A stretch of 64,000 bases of DNA, taken from assembly GCA_051362555.1 (NCBI GenBank), contig CM120641.1:46010401-46074400 (forward strand). The letters are read 5' to 3'. A program made the translations under genes and the position numbers. Under the pieces are notes generated by a model that saw only the letters and a list, made by a program, of their open reading frames with translations, searched no databases and was not told where the DNA came from. Shown here in pieces: positions 1 to 10,974 of this stretch. This DNA comes from Lingula anatina. Its lineage: Eukaryota > Animalia > Brachiopoda. Numbering within the stretch: the first letter of the stretch is position 1; each line of letters starts with the position of its first letter.

Positions 1-2396
1 ATTTCCATTTGGCATTGTCTTCAGGTTCGTTTGTTTATTGCCATCGGCATTGTTTGTGGATGTCCCCGTCGATCGCGTATTACCGTTCTGTCGCGGGGGT
101 TCAGGCACTTTGAGTGTATCCTTAGGGAAGACTTTACCAGAGTGAGGTCGGTATCTCTGAAGTCGCTGTTCCTTGGAGGATTTGGGTCTGCAACAGCGTT
201 TGCAGCAAAACGTGCAACAGATGATGAGGAGCACTAAGACAATGGGCACTAAAATGAAAAACCAGGCTAAATACTGGGCACAAACGTAATGTGAGGCACA
301 ATACATCTCAGTGACGTTCACCGCTGCAGAACCATTGTCCGGGAAACCATCGACTCCGCTTATGTTTACAATGTCATCCCCATACATTAAAGGGATGGTT
401 GCAGTTTCGGGTGAAAAAGATATTCCCACAAAGACGCACCTGATTTTCAATTTGGGCGGTGTAGTGAAAAGGGAAATATCGTTTGGCTCATTGCCAGAAC
501 TCGTCAGTTCTTGTTCGTCATCAAATGATTCGTTTAAATACAACATGCTGTCATTCTGAACGATCATATCAAATTCAAGTACATAAGTAACGTTTGTATT
601 GGTCGAATTTGTGGAATTAATAGTTGTTGCGTTTCTATCTGCGTCCGAAATAGCCATGAAATCGTCAGTTATTTTCTCGCCCATTACCATGTCGTCATTG
701 TCGTCGGACGTCTCATTACCATTTACTTTCGTGGAGATGGTTTTCCCACGGGAAATCAAAGAGCTATTTTTGTCGATTGTTTCATTGGCTAATAGTCCTA
801 TCTCATCAATCACCGTTCCATTGGTTTTTGCTTTCATTTCGTTTAATACCACTAATTTGTCCTCTACACTAACCGTGTGGTTTATGTACTCCCTTTTTTC
901 CTCATATTCAGACTCGTTGATTGTGGCGTTGCGAAAATTGGTCAAATTCTCTGATGGTTTAACAGAACTGGTATCAAATACCGGGTCAGTGTCGTTGAGT
1001 ATTGTACATCTGTATCCGTGGGATGTAAAATTCGTGATGTCTTCTGCCCTTGCATAAACCGTGAAGGTTTCTCCCCAGGGTGCTGTAGGCTCCCCTGGGG
1101 TTATCCCTTCGGAGGTGACACTGTTAGAAGACGAATTGTCGGAAGCAACATCACCGGAATCGGTCAAGTTTTCTAAACTCGTGCAATTATTCAATGAATC
1201 TGGCACGCAGTCCGTGCCATTATAGTTTTCCCAGTTCGAAACGGAACAGTTTGTTCTATTTCCCGTACACAGTTTATTTCCCTCTCCATCAAAAATAGTT
1301 TCATTATAGTCTCTGCCTGTTACATTTCGGTTGACATATGTGCCATTGACAAATAAATGTGTGGCGTTGTACCACGGGCTTGAAACGTTAGTTTTGTTTC
1401 CACCCATAAAGCCCGTAGTGGTGCTTTCACCATTGCCAGGCCCACCAGTGTTGCTCCCGCCATTGCTATTCCCATTACTGTTACCGTTGCCGTTTCCATT
1501 GTCACCGTTCCCAGCATTGCTGTTGCCATTGTTTCCGTTGCCATTGTTACTGTTTCCATCATCACCGTTGCCATTGTTTCCGTTGCCATTGTTACCATCG
1601 CTATTATTGTTGCTTTCTATTCCGTTATTGGCGCCGTCATTGCCGCCGTTATTGCCTTCTCCATTATAACCATCAGTAGTCCTGCTGGTACTCCCTGAAG
1701 CTGCATCAGAATCCCTTACAGTAGTGACTTTGAAAACAGTTTCAGTAGTCAAATTATTATTGTTCCTGTTACTGTCTCCGCCTGAATTACCATCGTTGCC
1801 GCTGTTGTCATTGCCGTTGGAGCCATCGTTGGAACCACCGCCCCCGCCGCTAATTCCAGAACCTGAAGTTGTAAAATCACCGAGAAGACGAGTTGTACCA
1901 CTTTCACCACTCCAGTTACTGTCACCGTCACTGTGACTTGTGGTCATACCTGATAGCCAAACACCGGGGGTTGTAATACTTTCAGTGCTGTGACCATTTT
2001 CAGTGCCATCACTACTGGCTGAAGTGTACTCGTTCAAAGTCGTTCCAGCGCCATCATAGCTATTTGGTAATGGCGTTGCGTCACGTCCCCCATCGATGAC
2101 GTCAGATGACGTCGTTAATTGATAAGTGCCGTCGTTGTACTCCCCGCGTCCTGTTGTTAATGAAAAAATCGGGCTATAGGTTGTCGAATCACCCCATTCC
2201 GCAGGATCTCTGGTCGCCGAGAGTTGTGAGCCTTGAGGCAATGTGTCTGAGGTAGCTCCGTTGTTCATCCAACCGTCGATATTTGGAGTGGTTGGGTCTT
2301 CCCCGTTGTCCTCGCCATATGACGGAGAGGTGACACCATCACTATTCAAAGAGGAGTCTGTTGAAGCTGCTGTTCCAAAGTATGTCGGTGTAGTCC
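1..2396 (-). CDS. Large exon (partial, no stop inside the window) of a mucin-like Gly/Asn/Thr/Ser-rich single-pass membrane glycoprotein with a Cys-rich juxtamembrane tail
   Basis: Acceptor tttcag| at 2397-2398 (phase 1), then an open frame of about 798 codons to base 1: TTPTYFGTAAS...; GNNGNGNNGNGDDGNSNNGNGNNGN repeats (about 1440-1670); many N-x-S/T sequons; TM YLAWFFILVPIVLVLLII followed by CCTFCCKRCCRPK (about 185-280). The ORF track misses it because the stop is outside the window. The upstream exon is unresolved. Confidence 0.85.
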
Positions 2397-3024
2397 CTGA
2401 AATTGGTGCAAACGTATATAATTCTAGAATCATTAATAGCACAATTGTTTTTTAATATAACTTATCTAAAGTGACTTTCTCTATAAAAATGATATACGTA
2501 AAATAATCCTAGGTAACTTTTGTCGTGGTCTATAAAAGATAATGTATATCCAATTAATACAAATGAAAACAAAGAAAATGAATAAGAAACAATTTCGTTA
2601 AAAAGTAAACATTTCCCGACCGGTTGTCATGAAACGCACGACACACCTGCAAGACGCTCGAATTCAGAAAGGCGGACGAGACACGACGGGTGCCTCATAC
2701 TATAGTAGAGATAATGAAGCTTCCAGATTCGTAAACCTTCAAAATTGCCTAGTCAGATTCACTTGGTTTGCACCCGATTATTTCCTCATACGTAAAGTAA
2801 ATAACTTGAAACATATATGTAGATTTCACCATAATGCGTTCATGAACCCAGGTCTGGCAATGTTCTACTTGTGAGTGAGGCGTTGTACTTACATCGGAGA
2901 AAGTGTAAGATAAGGACACTCCACGTGAAATAGACAGTGCCACTGCAGAAAGGAGAGATGACATACTGCCGATGGCGAAACACGAAACTTTTTCAGATTA
3001 CAGAAAGAAAACGGCTAAGGCATT

Positions 3025-3116
3025 TCTCTCTCTCTCCCTCTCTCACACACAAACACACGCACACACACAAACACACGCAGAAACACACACACATACACTC
3101 ACACACACACACACAA
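3025..3116. repeat. (CT)n/(CA)n compound microsatellite; others at 8822-8858 (GT), 10416-10455 (CT), 22900-22937 (TA) and 55960-55993 (CA)
   Basis: Directly visible dinucleotide runs. Confidence 0.9.
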
Positions 3117-4330
3117 ACTAAATGCCGAACTGGTGAGTTTGCTGAACAAGGCACCACGCTTCGAGAACACTAAGGAAAAGGCATTAAAGAAAACAGGATA
3201 GGAGCTATTTCAGGGATTCAAGGTAATTTATACACAGCACGGCACGTGCTCTTGCAGATAAACGAATTTCAGAGTAGGAAATATTTTATAATGTGAGTCA
3301 ACTAAATTCACATCATGAGCGGTTGAAAAATTGCACAATTCCGCCAATAACAGCCTCGAAACCATTTGGAATAGCTCCGTCTATGAAACACAATAACATA
3401 AAGAGGAAACTTGAAAATACAAATACGTGTAACAATTTTATTAGAATATAAGGAAAAACTGTCGAGTTTACAACGAGAAACAGTAAACAATACAGAATAA
3501 AATAGAATTGATTTTCAAACAATATCACATTAAAATATGCAATGGGAAAATGAAAAATGAAAGAGTTCAATTGAAATGGATTGTGCCGCAATATACCAAG
3601 TGAATCTGACCAAACGTTGGCAGTATTTGCATGCAATTCTATGCTTTTATGTCATTTGTAAAAGCGACGATCGTTAAGAAGTGACGATAAATTTAAAGTC
3701 TACGCTACCTCATCCGCTAAATAGAATTTTTTTATTGTCATAATTGAACTCTTTTTCTTTTTTTGTCATCCTTTTGTTGCATGCTGTAGCTAAAACGACT
3801 CTTATATCATATATCTCATAATGTTAGATGATTTGGACGGGCTATGATAATGCTTTAGTTAAGCGAATATGATGAGTATTAAACTATTAAGTCTCTACGT
3901 ATTCAAATATATATATATATATATTCATATTCTTATGCATTATTACATGTTTTGATACTTAAATATATCACAGCCAATATCTACGCCTTCTCTTCTTATT
4001 TATATGTGCAAGACCTATGCTGTGCTGGGTAGTGAAAGCAAATGCTAGATTTTTCCTAAAGCAATTTTGGTAAAAATCAAAACAAATATGCACGTCAATT
4101 GCCCATTATACTTTCCAAACATAAATTGGAAAAAAAAACGTTGTAATTTAGGGGCGCTATTTTCTGAATTCTTTTGCGCAGAACGATATTTGTAAGATAT
4201 AGAAATCCCATAACGATACCATTTAAAGGCTTTCTCTCAGCTATCACTATGAAGCTTGCTTGTTCTACCTATTCTACGTGTGTTTAGTTCATGCACATGC
4301 ATGTGTCATTAAATATACTAATGTATAACA

Positions 4331-7300
4331 TTAAATCAGATGAGTCCGGGTCGGAAACTCCTTTGGTGCTGATGTACTTTTACGTTTTCCGCTTGGTTCT
4401 TGTGCAACTCTATTTTTCTTAGAGTTTTTATATAACATAGCCAAACAAAAAGCTGCCCCTACAAGTATCAACAGTCCTGCGAATATTCCTATCACTAGCA
4501 AAATCATATTCGGATCAACAATGGGTTGATCACCATCGTCATTTCTTGTAGAATTTAAGCTTTTATCTGCTTTACCGTTTTTAATTATGTCCCTGAGAAT
4601 GTTAGAATCTTCGTTCAGAACAACGTTTGATTGTCCATCTTTCAATCTCGTCTTACCTCGACCATCAGAGCCGTCGCCATCGCCATCGCCATCGCCATTA
4701 GCGCCGCCATCTTGACCGCCATTTGCACCGCTCGTATCGTCTGCGCCATCACCGCCGCCATTACCTTCCGTGGAACCATCGCCCCCTCCTAACCCCCCAT
4801 TTAAAGATTGTGTGGACCCCTCAGAACCAGTACTGACATCATTTACAGTGGTGTCAGCACTGGTCCCCAGGCCCTCGCCATTGCTGCCGCTTTGACCGCT
4901 GCCGCTTTGACCGCTGCCGGTGACACCAGTGGTGTCCGTGGCCCCTTCACCATTGGCAGTAGATGACATGTCGCCACCCAGCCCAGGTGTTAAGCCATTT
5001 TGTAAATCAGCATCGGTATTGCCTGCGCTTTTGTCAGTGGAACCCTGGGTATCAGTGCTGCTATCAGCACCAGTGGTGACATCAAGCGTGACGTCATTAG
5101 GACCACCAGTCTGTTTTCCACGTTCTGCGCCTGCGCCTGTGCCGCTCACGTCGCTTGCGCTTGAATTTCCGTACATATTTGTTCCGTTTTCGTACATCCC
5201 ATTCGTAGTGCCATTTAGGAAACCAAATGATGACGTCACTCCACCGTTTTCGCCGCTCTGGTCGTCAGGACCAGTGCCGCCACTTTTGCCGTCTGCGCCA
5301 GTGCCCCCTGAAACGTCGGAATCGGTATATTGAGCATACAAATCATACATAGCGCTTGTAGCGTCATAAGCACCATTATTTACTCCTCCTTCACCATTGC
5401 CTGGACCACCAGCACCACCAATTCCACCGCCTTGGCCTTCAGCGCCACCTGTCGACGAGTCACCTGTGCCATCTATACCTGTTCCGTTCAAGCCACCTGT
5501 GCTGTTGGTGCCGTTCAAACCATACATTGTATTAGGATCTTCCGTCGTGATATTTGCTACAGTCGTCGGTTCGGTTGTGGTTGGAACTGATGTTGTAGAT
5601 TGGGTAGAGACAGTGGTTGTCGTAAACCCGCTATTCTCCTCTATCCACTGTTCTAAACCTAAAATGATTTAAAATACACGATAGAGCTGCCAACTTGTAT
5701 AATTCTGAATTGAAATATTCGCTTTAATCGTGTCTTTAACACTGTTGATCGTATTTTGTTAAATGTAAACAAAAGTTAAAAAAAAAACATTTAATAAGAT
5801 CAACTTGAAATCAAATAAAATCAAATAATGCCATTTACTTCTTCTGTCCCTTTGAACATTTTTGTTTGCTTCTCCTTATGCGGAATTGAAGGGCAAGGCG
5901 ATCGCATTATTGCATGCTTGAAGAGGGTTGTTTACTACGACACCGCCTATAATTACCTGTGTCCGCGTTAGCCACCCATGGTCAAAGTATATTTCTGCAC
6001 TAAGTTGAAAACTCATTTGTTACACTGCAATGATTAGGCATTTGAAGGCAATCTACATGCGTTTGAAAATTCCCTACAGTCATACGGGCCATTCAGAATA
6101 GATCCGGTTATCAGCTGACCCAAGGATCAAATATGGATTCGGATTTGTATTTTATATCGGATCTAAAGAGATACCATTACACCGATTCGGATATATATTT
6201 TACATCAGATCTAAGGAGATGCCATTCCGAATGGTTATCCTAACCATCTTTCAACTTATTGCTAGTTTATCCTGTGCTGTGAATAAGTGCGTAAAAGAGA
6301 ATTTACTTTTACCTGGAAAAACATGGTAAAACAGATATGGAAAGACTTAAGATTCGAGCCTAATGTTTAACAAGTTTTTATAATTTTACCTTGGCACCCG
6401 GACTCCACTATTGTGGCGTAGCACACCGACCAGTCTTTGGACGGAAGGTTCTCTAACCTGTTGTATTGCGTAATACGTTGAACACCCTCAATGACAGTAC
6501 CGCATCCATCTAAAACCTGATACTGCCTTACGATATTCGTGGTACAGACTGTACCTGACGTCACATCCGTGTAAGAAATAGTGACATCACCAAGATTTGA
6601 ACACTGCTCGTGCTGCCACGCGGTTGCTTCGCCCGCATTGGCAGGAGAGTTGCCAGAGTCGTTTACGCTGCTGCAAAGGACCACGTCGTCTGGAACGTAG
6701 AGGATCGGCGGAATGGCCGCCACGTCTTCATCTATTAAGCCGTCATTGTCGTCATCCTTGTGGTTCAGCAGTTCCTCGTCAACTTTTCCGTCGCAGTCGT
6801 TGTCCTCGCCGTCTGTGCTCTTTCCATAGGTCGGAACACAGCTTTCACGGTCCAGGTTTGCCATACGCATGCCCCCTGGATAGCCGTAGGACACAGAGGT
6901 GCCCCACCCATACGAGAACACAGAGAACGTGGCTATCGGGGACAGGTGCTCTATCACGTGAGATCCAGACGAGACTCGAATCTGGCCTCCAACAAGGTCT
7001 GTTGTGGGAATATCAATCCATTGGACCGACGCAGAATCACTTTTTTCTTCTATAGTCCCTCCATCAATACGAAGACCGTCCAAATCTGTCTTTTTTATAA
7101 TGACATTAATGTAATTTCTGTAGTCAGACTCAGTGTCAACTGTTGCTATAGTGTATCGTGCAGAGTATTGCTCGATAGGAGGCAAAACCATCATGAAAGG
7201 ATCTGCGTCCAGGTTGTCCGTTGAACTGCTTTGCGCAAACTGTAGCACCATGATTGGGAAATTTGATTCAATGTAAGCAAGAATTGGGGGTTCTATTGTT

Positions 7301-8817
7301 ATCTCATATTTTTCTGTCGCCTGCAGAGTAACAGACATTGGATATTGGGTCAAATAAATGTCCACTTTTGTCTCATTCCTAGAAGCTACAATTCGAAACA
7401 CATCTCCAGACCTGCGTTCCGCTGAAGGAACCGTTCCAAAACGGTATCCCCATTTTTCAACCGGGAACATCTGCTCCACGAGATGATCGCACGCCACGTG
7501 ACCGCAGGGGACGTAACTACACACGTTACCCGACATTACGGCAACAGGCTTTGAGGAGAATATCTGATACCCTGTGACGTCAAAGTCAGACAGCTGGATG
7601 GTCTCCAGTCTGTTCAAAGTAAAATTGGCAAATCTTGCGAGATCAGCATTCAGGGGTTCGTATCGGGGAGCAAGAATCCTTACGCTCGTATTGTCATGAA
7701 CCCCGACAATCCCAAACTCGCCCCGTAGTTTTGCGACTGAAATACAGGCCTCATAGCTACCTGTAATATAGTGCGTCCCTAGAACGTCAACTGGGAGGCC
7801 CAGAAACGCGTCAGAGGTCCCCTGCGCCGAGTTGGCTGCGTAAATAACGAACTCCTGATCTGAGAAGAGACGCAGGCCTCTGTTTTCGATCAGATTGTCA
7901 ATCATGACGACGGAGGTAGGCAAGTCTACTCTGGTGATTGTGTTCGGTGCAACGGTGACAACCATGTCTTCCATGTCAATATCATAGCCCGCCTGGAGGT
8001 ACACGGTGATGTTGCTGTGATGGTTGGTGGTGAGGTATACAGAAATGTTGGTGTTGGCGTAGTTGGAGATGTAACCAATAATGAACTCTGTCCCCATGTT
8101 GTCTGGGAGAGCTAGAACAGGAACAGTAAGAATAAATATCAACACAGGATGAAATCAGTCGGAATACTTACTACAATCTGATTGTTTTTCATATAAAATG
8201 ATACATGCAATGAACATATTATTGCAACGCTCTGGAGAATCCGATTCAGGTTAACAAAACGGTTCAGGTGAAATGACAAACTTTCGTAAACACTGTTATC
8301 AATCTCGATAGCTTAATTTATCAGAACTTTTTAAAAATTTTTAGGATTTGCAGATATATTTTTTTTAATTGCAAAGTTTTGAAGTTTGCATACGTTTGAT
8401 TCAAGACGACAAACACACACAGACACGCACTTTATTGCATTACCTGACAGGAGTTTTTTTTTTCTTTAAACCAATTTACTGAAAATGATTAATTATTAAA
8501 GGCTGATAATGTAATCGGGCATGAGCCCCGTCTTGTATCTTGGGGCTATATATAGACTCAAAGATATTTTAATCAATCAGTGATGATGGTTCCTCGGATG
8601 TACGACGCCATTATCGCACATAACTATGGTGTAAAATACACTGTTCATTTTTCTCGTGCCCTGAATCGGTATTGTATCTGTCTGAAAAACTCCACAGCTA
8701 ACTTCGCACAGATAATGGGAAAATAACGACCTAGCTGTAAAGAATAACCAGCGGCTACTTTGATGACGTTATTTTTTATAACCAATAAAAAGGGCAGGAT
8801 ATTTTCAATGTTTTTTT

Positions 8818-8857
<40 letters not shown>

Positions 8858-10974
8858 TGAATAAGGCTATACTTTTGGCTTTCGAAAAGACTATATATAT
8901 TGTCACTGCAAATGAACTTTACTCATTTGGTGTAATATGTGTTTCTGATCAACAGAAAATAGGCCCAAGATCTACACATATAAATAAGGACACTGTTCAA
9001 TACAGATGGTGGGCATTTCTTTTTTTAAGCGAGGAGGCCTTTATGGGAACTAGTTTTTAGAATGATATCTGATTCTAATACAATTATAATCGACGAAAAA
9101 CAGGACCCTAGTGTGATATTCTATCAAAAGTTATCTGTAAAATTATTCGTAAATCACAGTGCATGTACGCATTTATTTATTTATTTATTCAATGATTGTT
9201 GATAAATCAAGTGATTTAATCATTGGATGACTTAAAATGGGACATCGTGAGACTGATTAAAGAAATAAGTAATTTTGTTGAATAACATGGGTTGTTCGAC
9301 ATTGCACGTTATCTATCTTCACTCTCTGGTCTTGGGTATCAAATTCGGCTAATAAGAACGCTTCTGAGAATAACTTCAATGCCAAATAATGAAAGAAAGA
9401 AAGAAAAAAGAAAAATGAAAAAGAAACAGATAGATGCCATGTTTTTAAGTTCCAAAACTTAATATCAGGCCATTCATATTACATTCACTGGGCAAGAGCA
9501 CAGATACCTCAATTAAAATGCCAGCACAAAACAACGACAACAGGAAACCAGTCTTGGCCTTCTAATTTTAAGAAACTCTACAAGGTACGTCATTGCGATG
9601 ACGCATTTTGTTGGGATTTTGAAATAACTGAGCATCTTTGTGCAACGTCTACCCACGCATAGAATTCCGCAGCGGCAAATCAGAATATGGGTCCTCGCAT
9701 GTGCAATAATCATGTGTTTTTTTCGATTGACGGTATAAAAATATATTTGACTTGCTCTGCAGTAAGAGCTGCTACATTTCGGTCGTGATTCATCAAACGT
9801 GAACTTGGTGACCACTCCTCAATTGTCCAATACCCCCACTTGTAATACATGGAGTTCTCAAGATATGTACACTGGTTAATTATTCAGCACCTCTGTGTTG
9901 AAAATCGAAGCTTATCGTCACAGTAAATGAATCAAATGGCAACATGACTATTAATTAACTCTCTGTGGTTCTCTGGGGGGTTGTGTATGTATGGCTTGTC
10001 CGAGACGAGCGTTATTTGCTAAATCATGCCTTTGTCTATAAACAGTGTCACCCTTCCATCTTCATTCCAAGTATTCTTAAAAAGCGGAACTGTCCACTAT
10101 CGTATAATAATGTTTCATAGTTTTTGTTGAACATCATCTGCTTACGAATTCGTAACACTCGCATGCAATTTGTCTTAAGTCCATACACTATGCTTTGTTC
10201 GTAAGACTTGTTTATGCTCAACCATTTTGTTGTATTTATTCTTGATTTTACATTTCCCTTTCACTTCACAGTGAAATATTTACTAAAAACAAGTTTATAC
10301 AAGAAGACATTTTTGTAACTATCAAATATTTCACAAAATTGCAAGCTGCCTGCCAAATTATTGTTTTCGTTATTGTTTTCAAAAGTAAACAAACTAGTAA
10401 AAAAATCCAGAGAAACTCTCTCTCTCTCTCTCTCTCTCTCTTTTTCTCTCTCTCTCCATTTCTGACATACGCCTTTTCAGTAACCGAATGCTTTCTTCAA
10501 AATAAAACAAAGAAGTTTCCAGAATTGAGGTTTTAGTTTGCCACTGCTAAAATCTGAAAAAAGTTCGTGTGTGTATATACGTATTTTAAATTTGTTTGCA
10601 TAAAAGAGTCGATTGTGTCAAATCTAACATATTAAAATATTTCACATATTCATTCCCGATCTTCCATGTCTTTCATAAGAAACCCAGTCCGATGCTCTTT
10701 TAAATAAGACTGCATTGTGAATCAAACAACAACATGGACATCCAAGACAAAGCCATAACACTAACGCATTATTCATTGTATGGGAAATTGCCCTCATTTC
10801 AATATTTTCGGCGAATAAACAAACATCACCCAGATTAAAAATAATAATGATGTATTTGAAAAATGGCACTTTACCTGCTATAGAAACAAAGAGCTGAAAC
10901 AGCCCCATAAAGATCCCAGCTCCTGCGACCTGCCATTGCCGCCATGAACCAACCCCCATGTACATAATCATCAT
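4331..10974 (-). CDS. IgGFc-binding (FCGBP N-terminal) domain type-I membrane protein, about 1049 aa, 3 coding exons
   Basis: Exons 10875-10974 (signal peptide ...GIFMGLFQLFVSIA, donor G|GTAAAG), 6390-8111 and 4331-5658. Exon 2 has IgGFc_binding motifs LPDNMGTEFIIGY, SDAFLGLPVDVLGTHY, SSKPVAVMSGNVC, CDHLVEQMFPVEKWG, DPFMMVLPPIEQY and SYGYPGG, followed by DNDCDGKVDEE and a 4-Cys repeat. Exon 3 has a Thr-rich then G/S/T/N/D stalk, TM MILLVIGIFAGLLILVGAAFCLAMLY, a basic tail and TAA. All junctions are GT-AG phase 1; 100+1722+1328 = 3150 nt. Confidence 0.88.

Noticed and set aside
31-5672. Plus-strand Pro/Leu/Val-rich ORFs (e.g. 599-1057, 1331-1669, 4920-5333) and off-frame minus ORFs (1320-1598)
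   Set aside because: Antisense or off-frame shadows of the low-complexity minus-strand exons.
6367-8145. ORF 6367-8145 as a complete single-exon, possibly bacterial, gene
   Set aside because: Its start lies in a polypyrimidine tract and its end runs past a donor. It splices in phase to a signal-peptide exon and a TM exon, so it is neither contamination nor intronless.
9500-9600. Hydrophobic stretch GFLLSLFCAGILIE as the IgGFc gene's signal exon
   Set aside because: In-frame stop upstream with no ATG, and a phase-0 donor. Exon 10875-10974 fits the phase instead.
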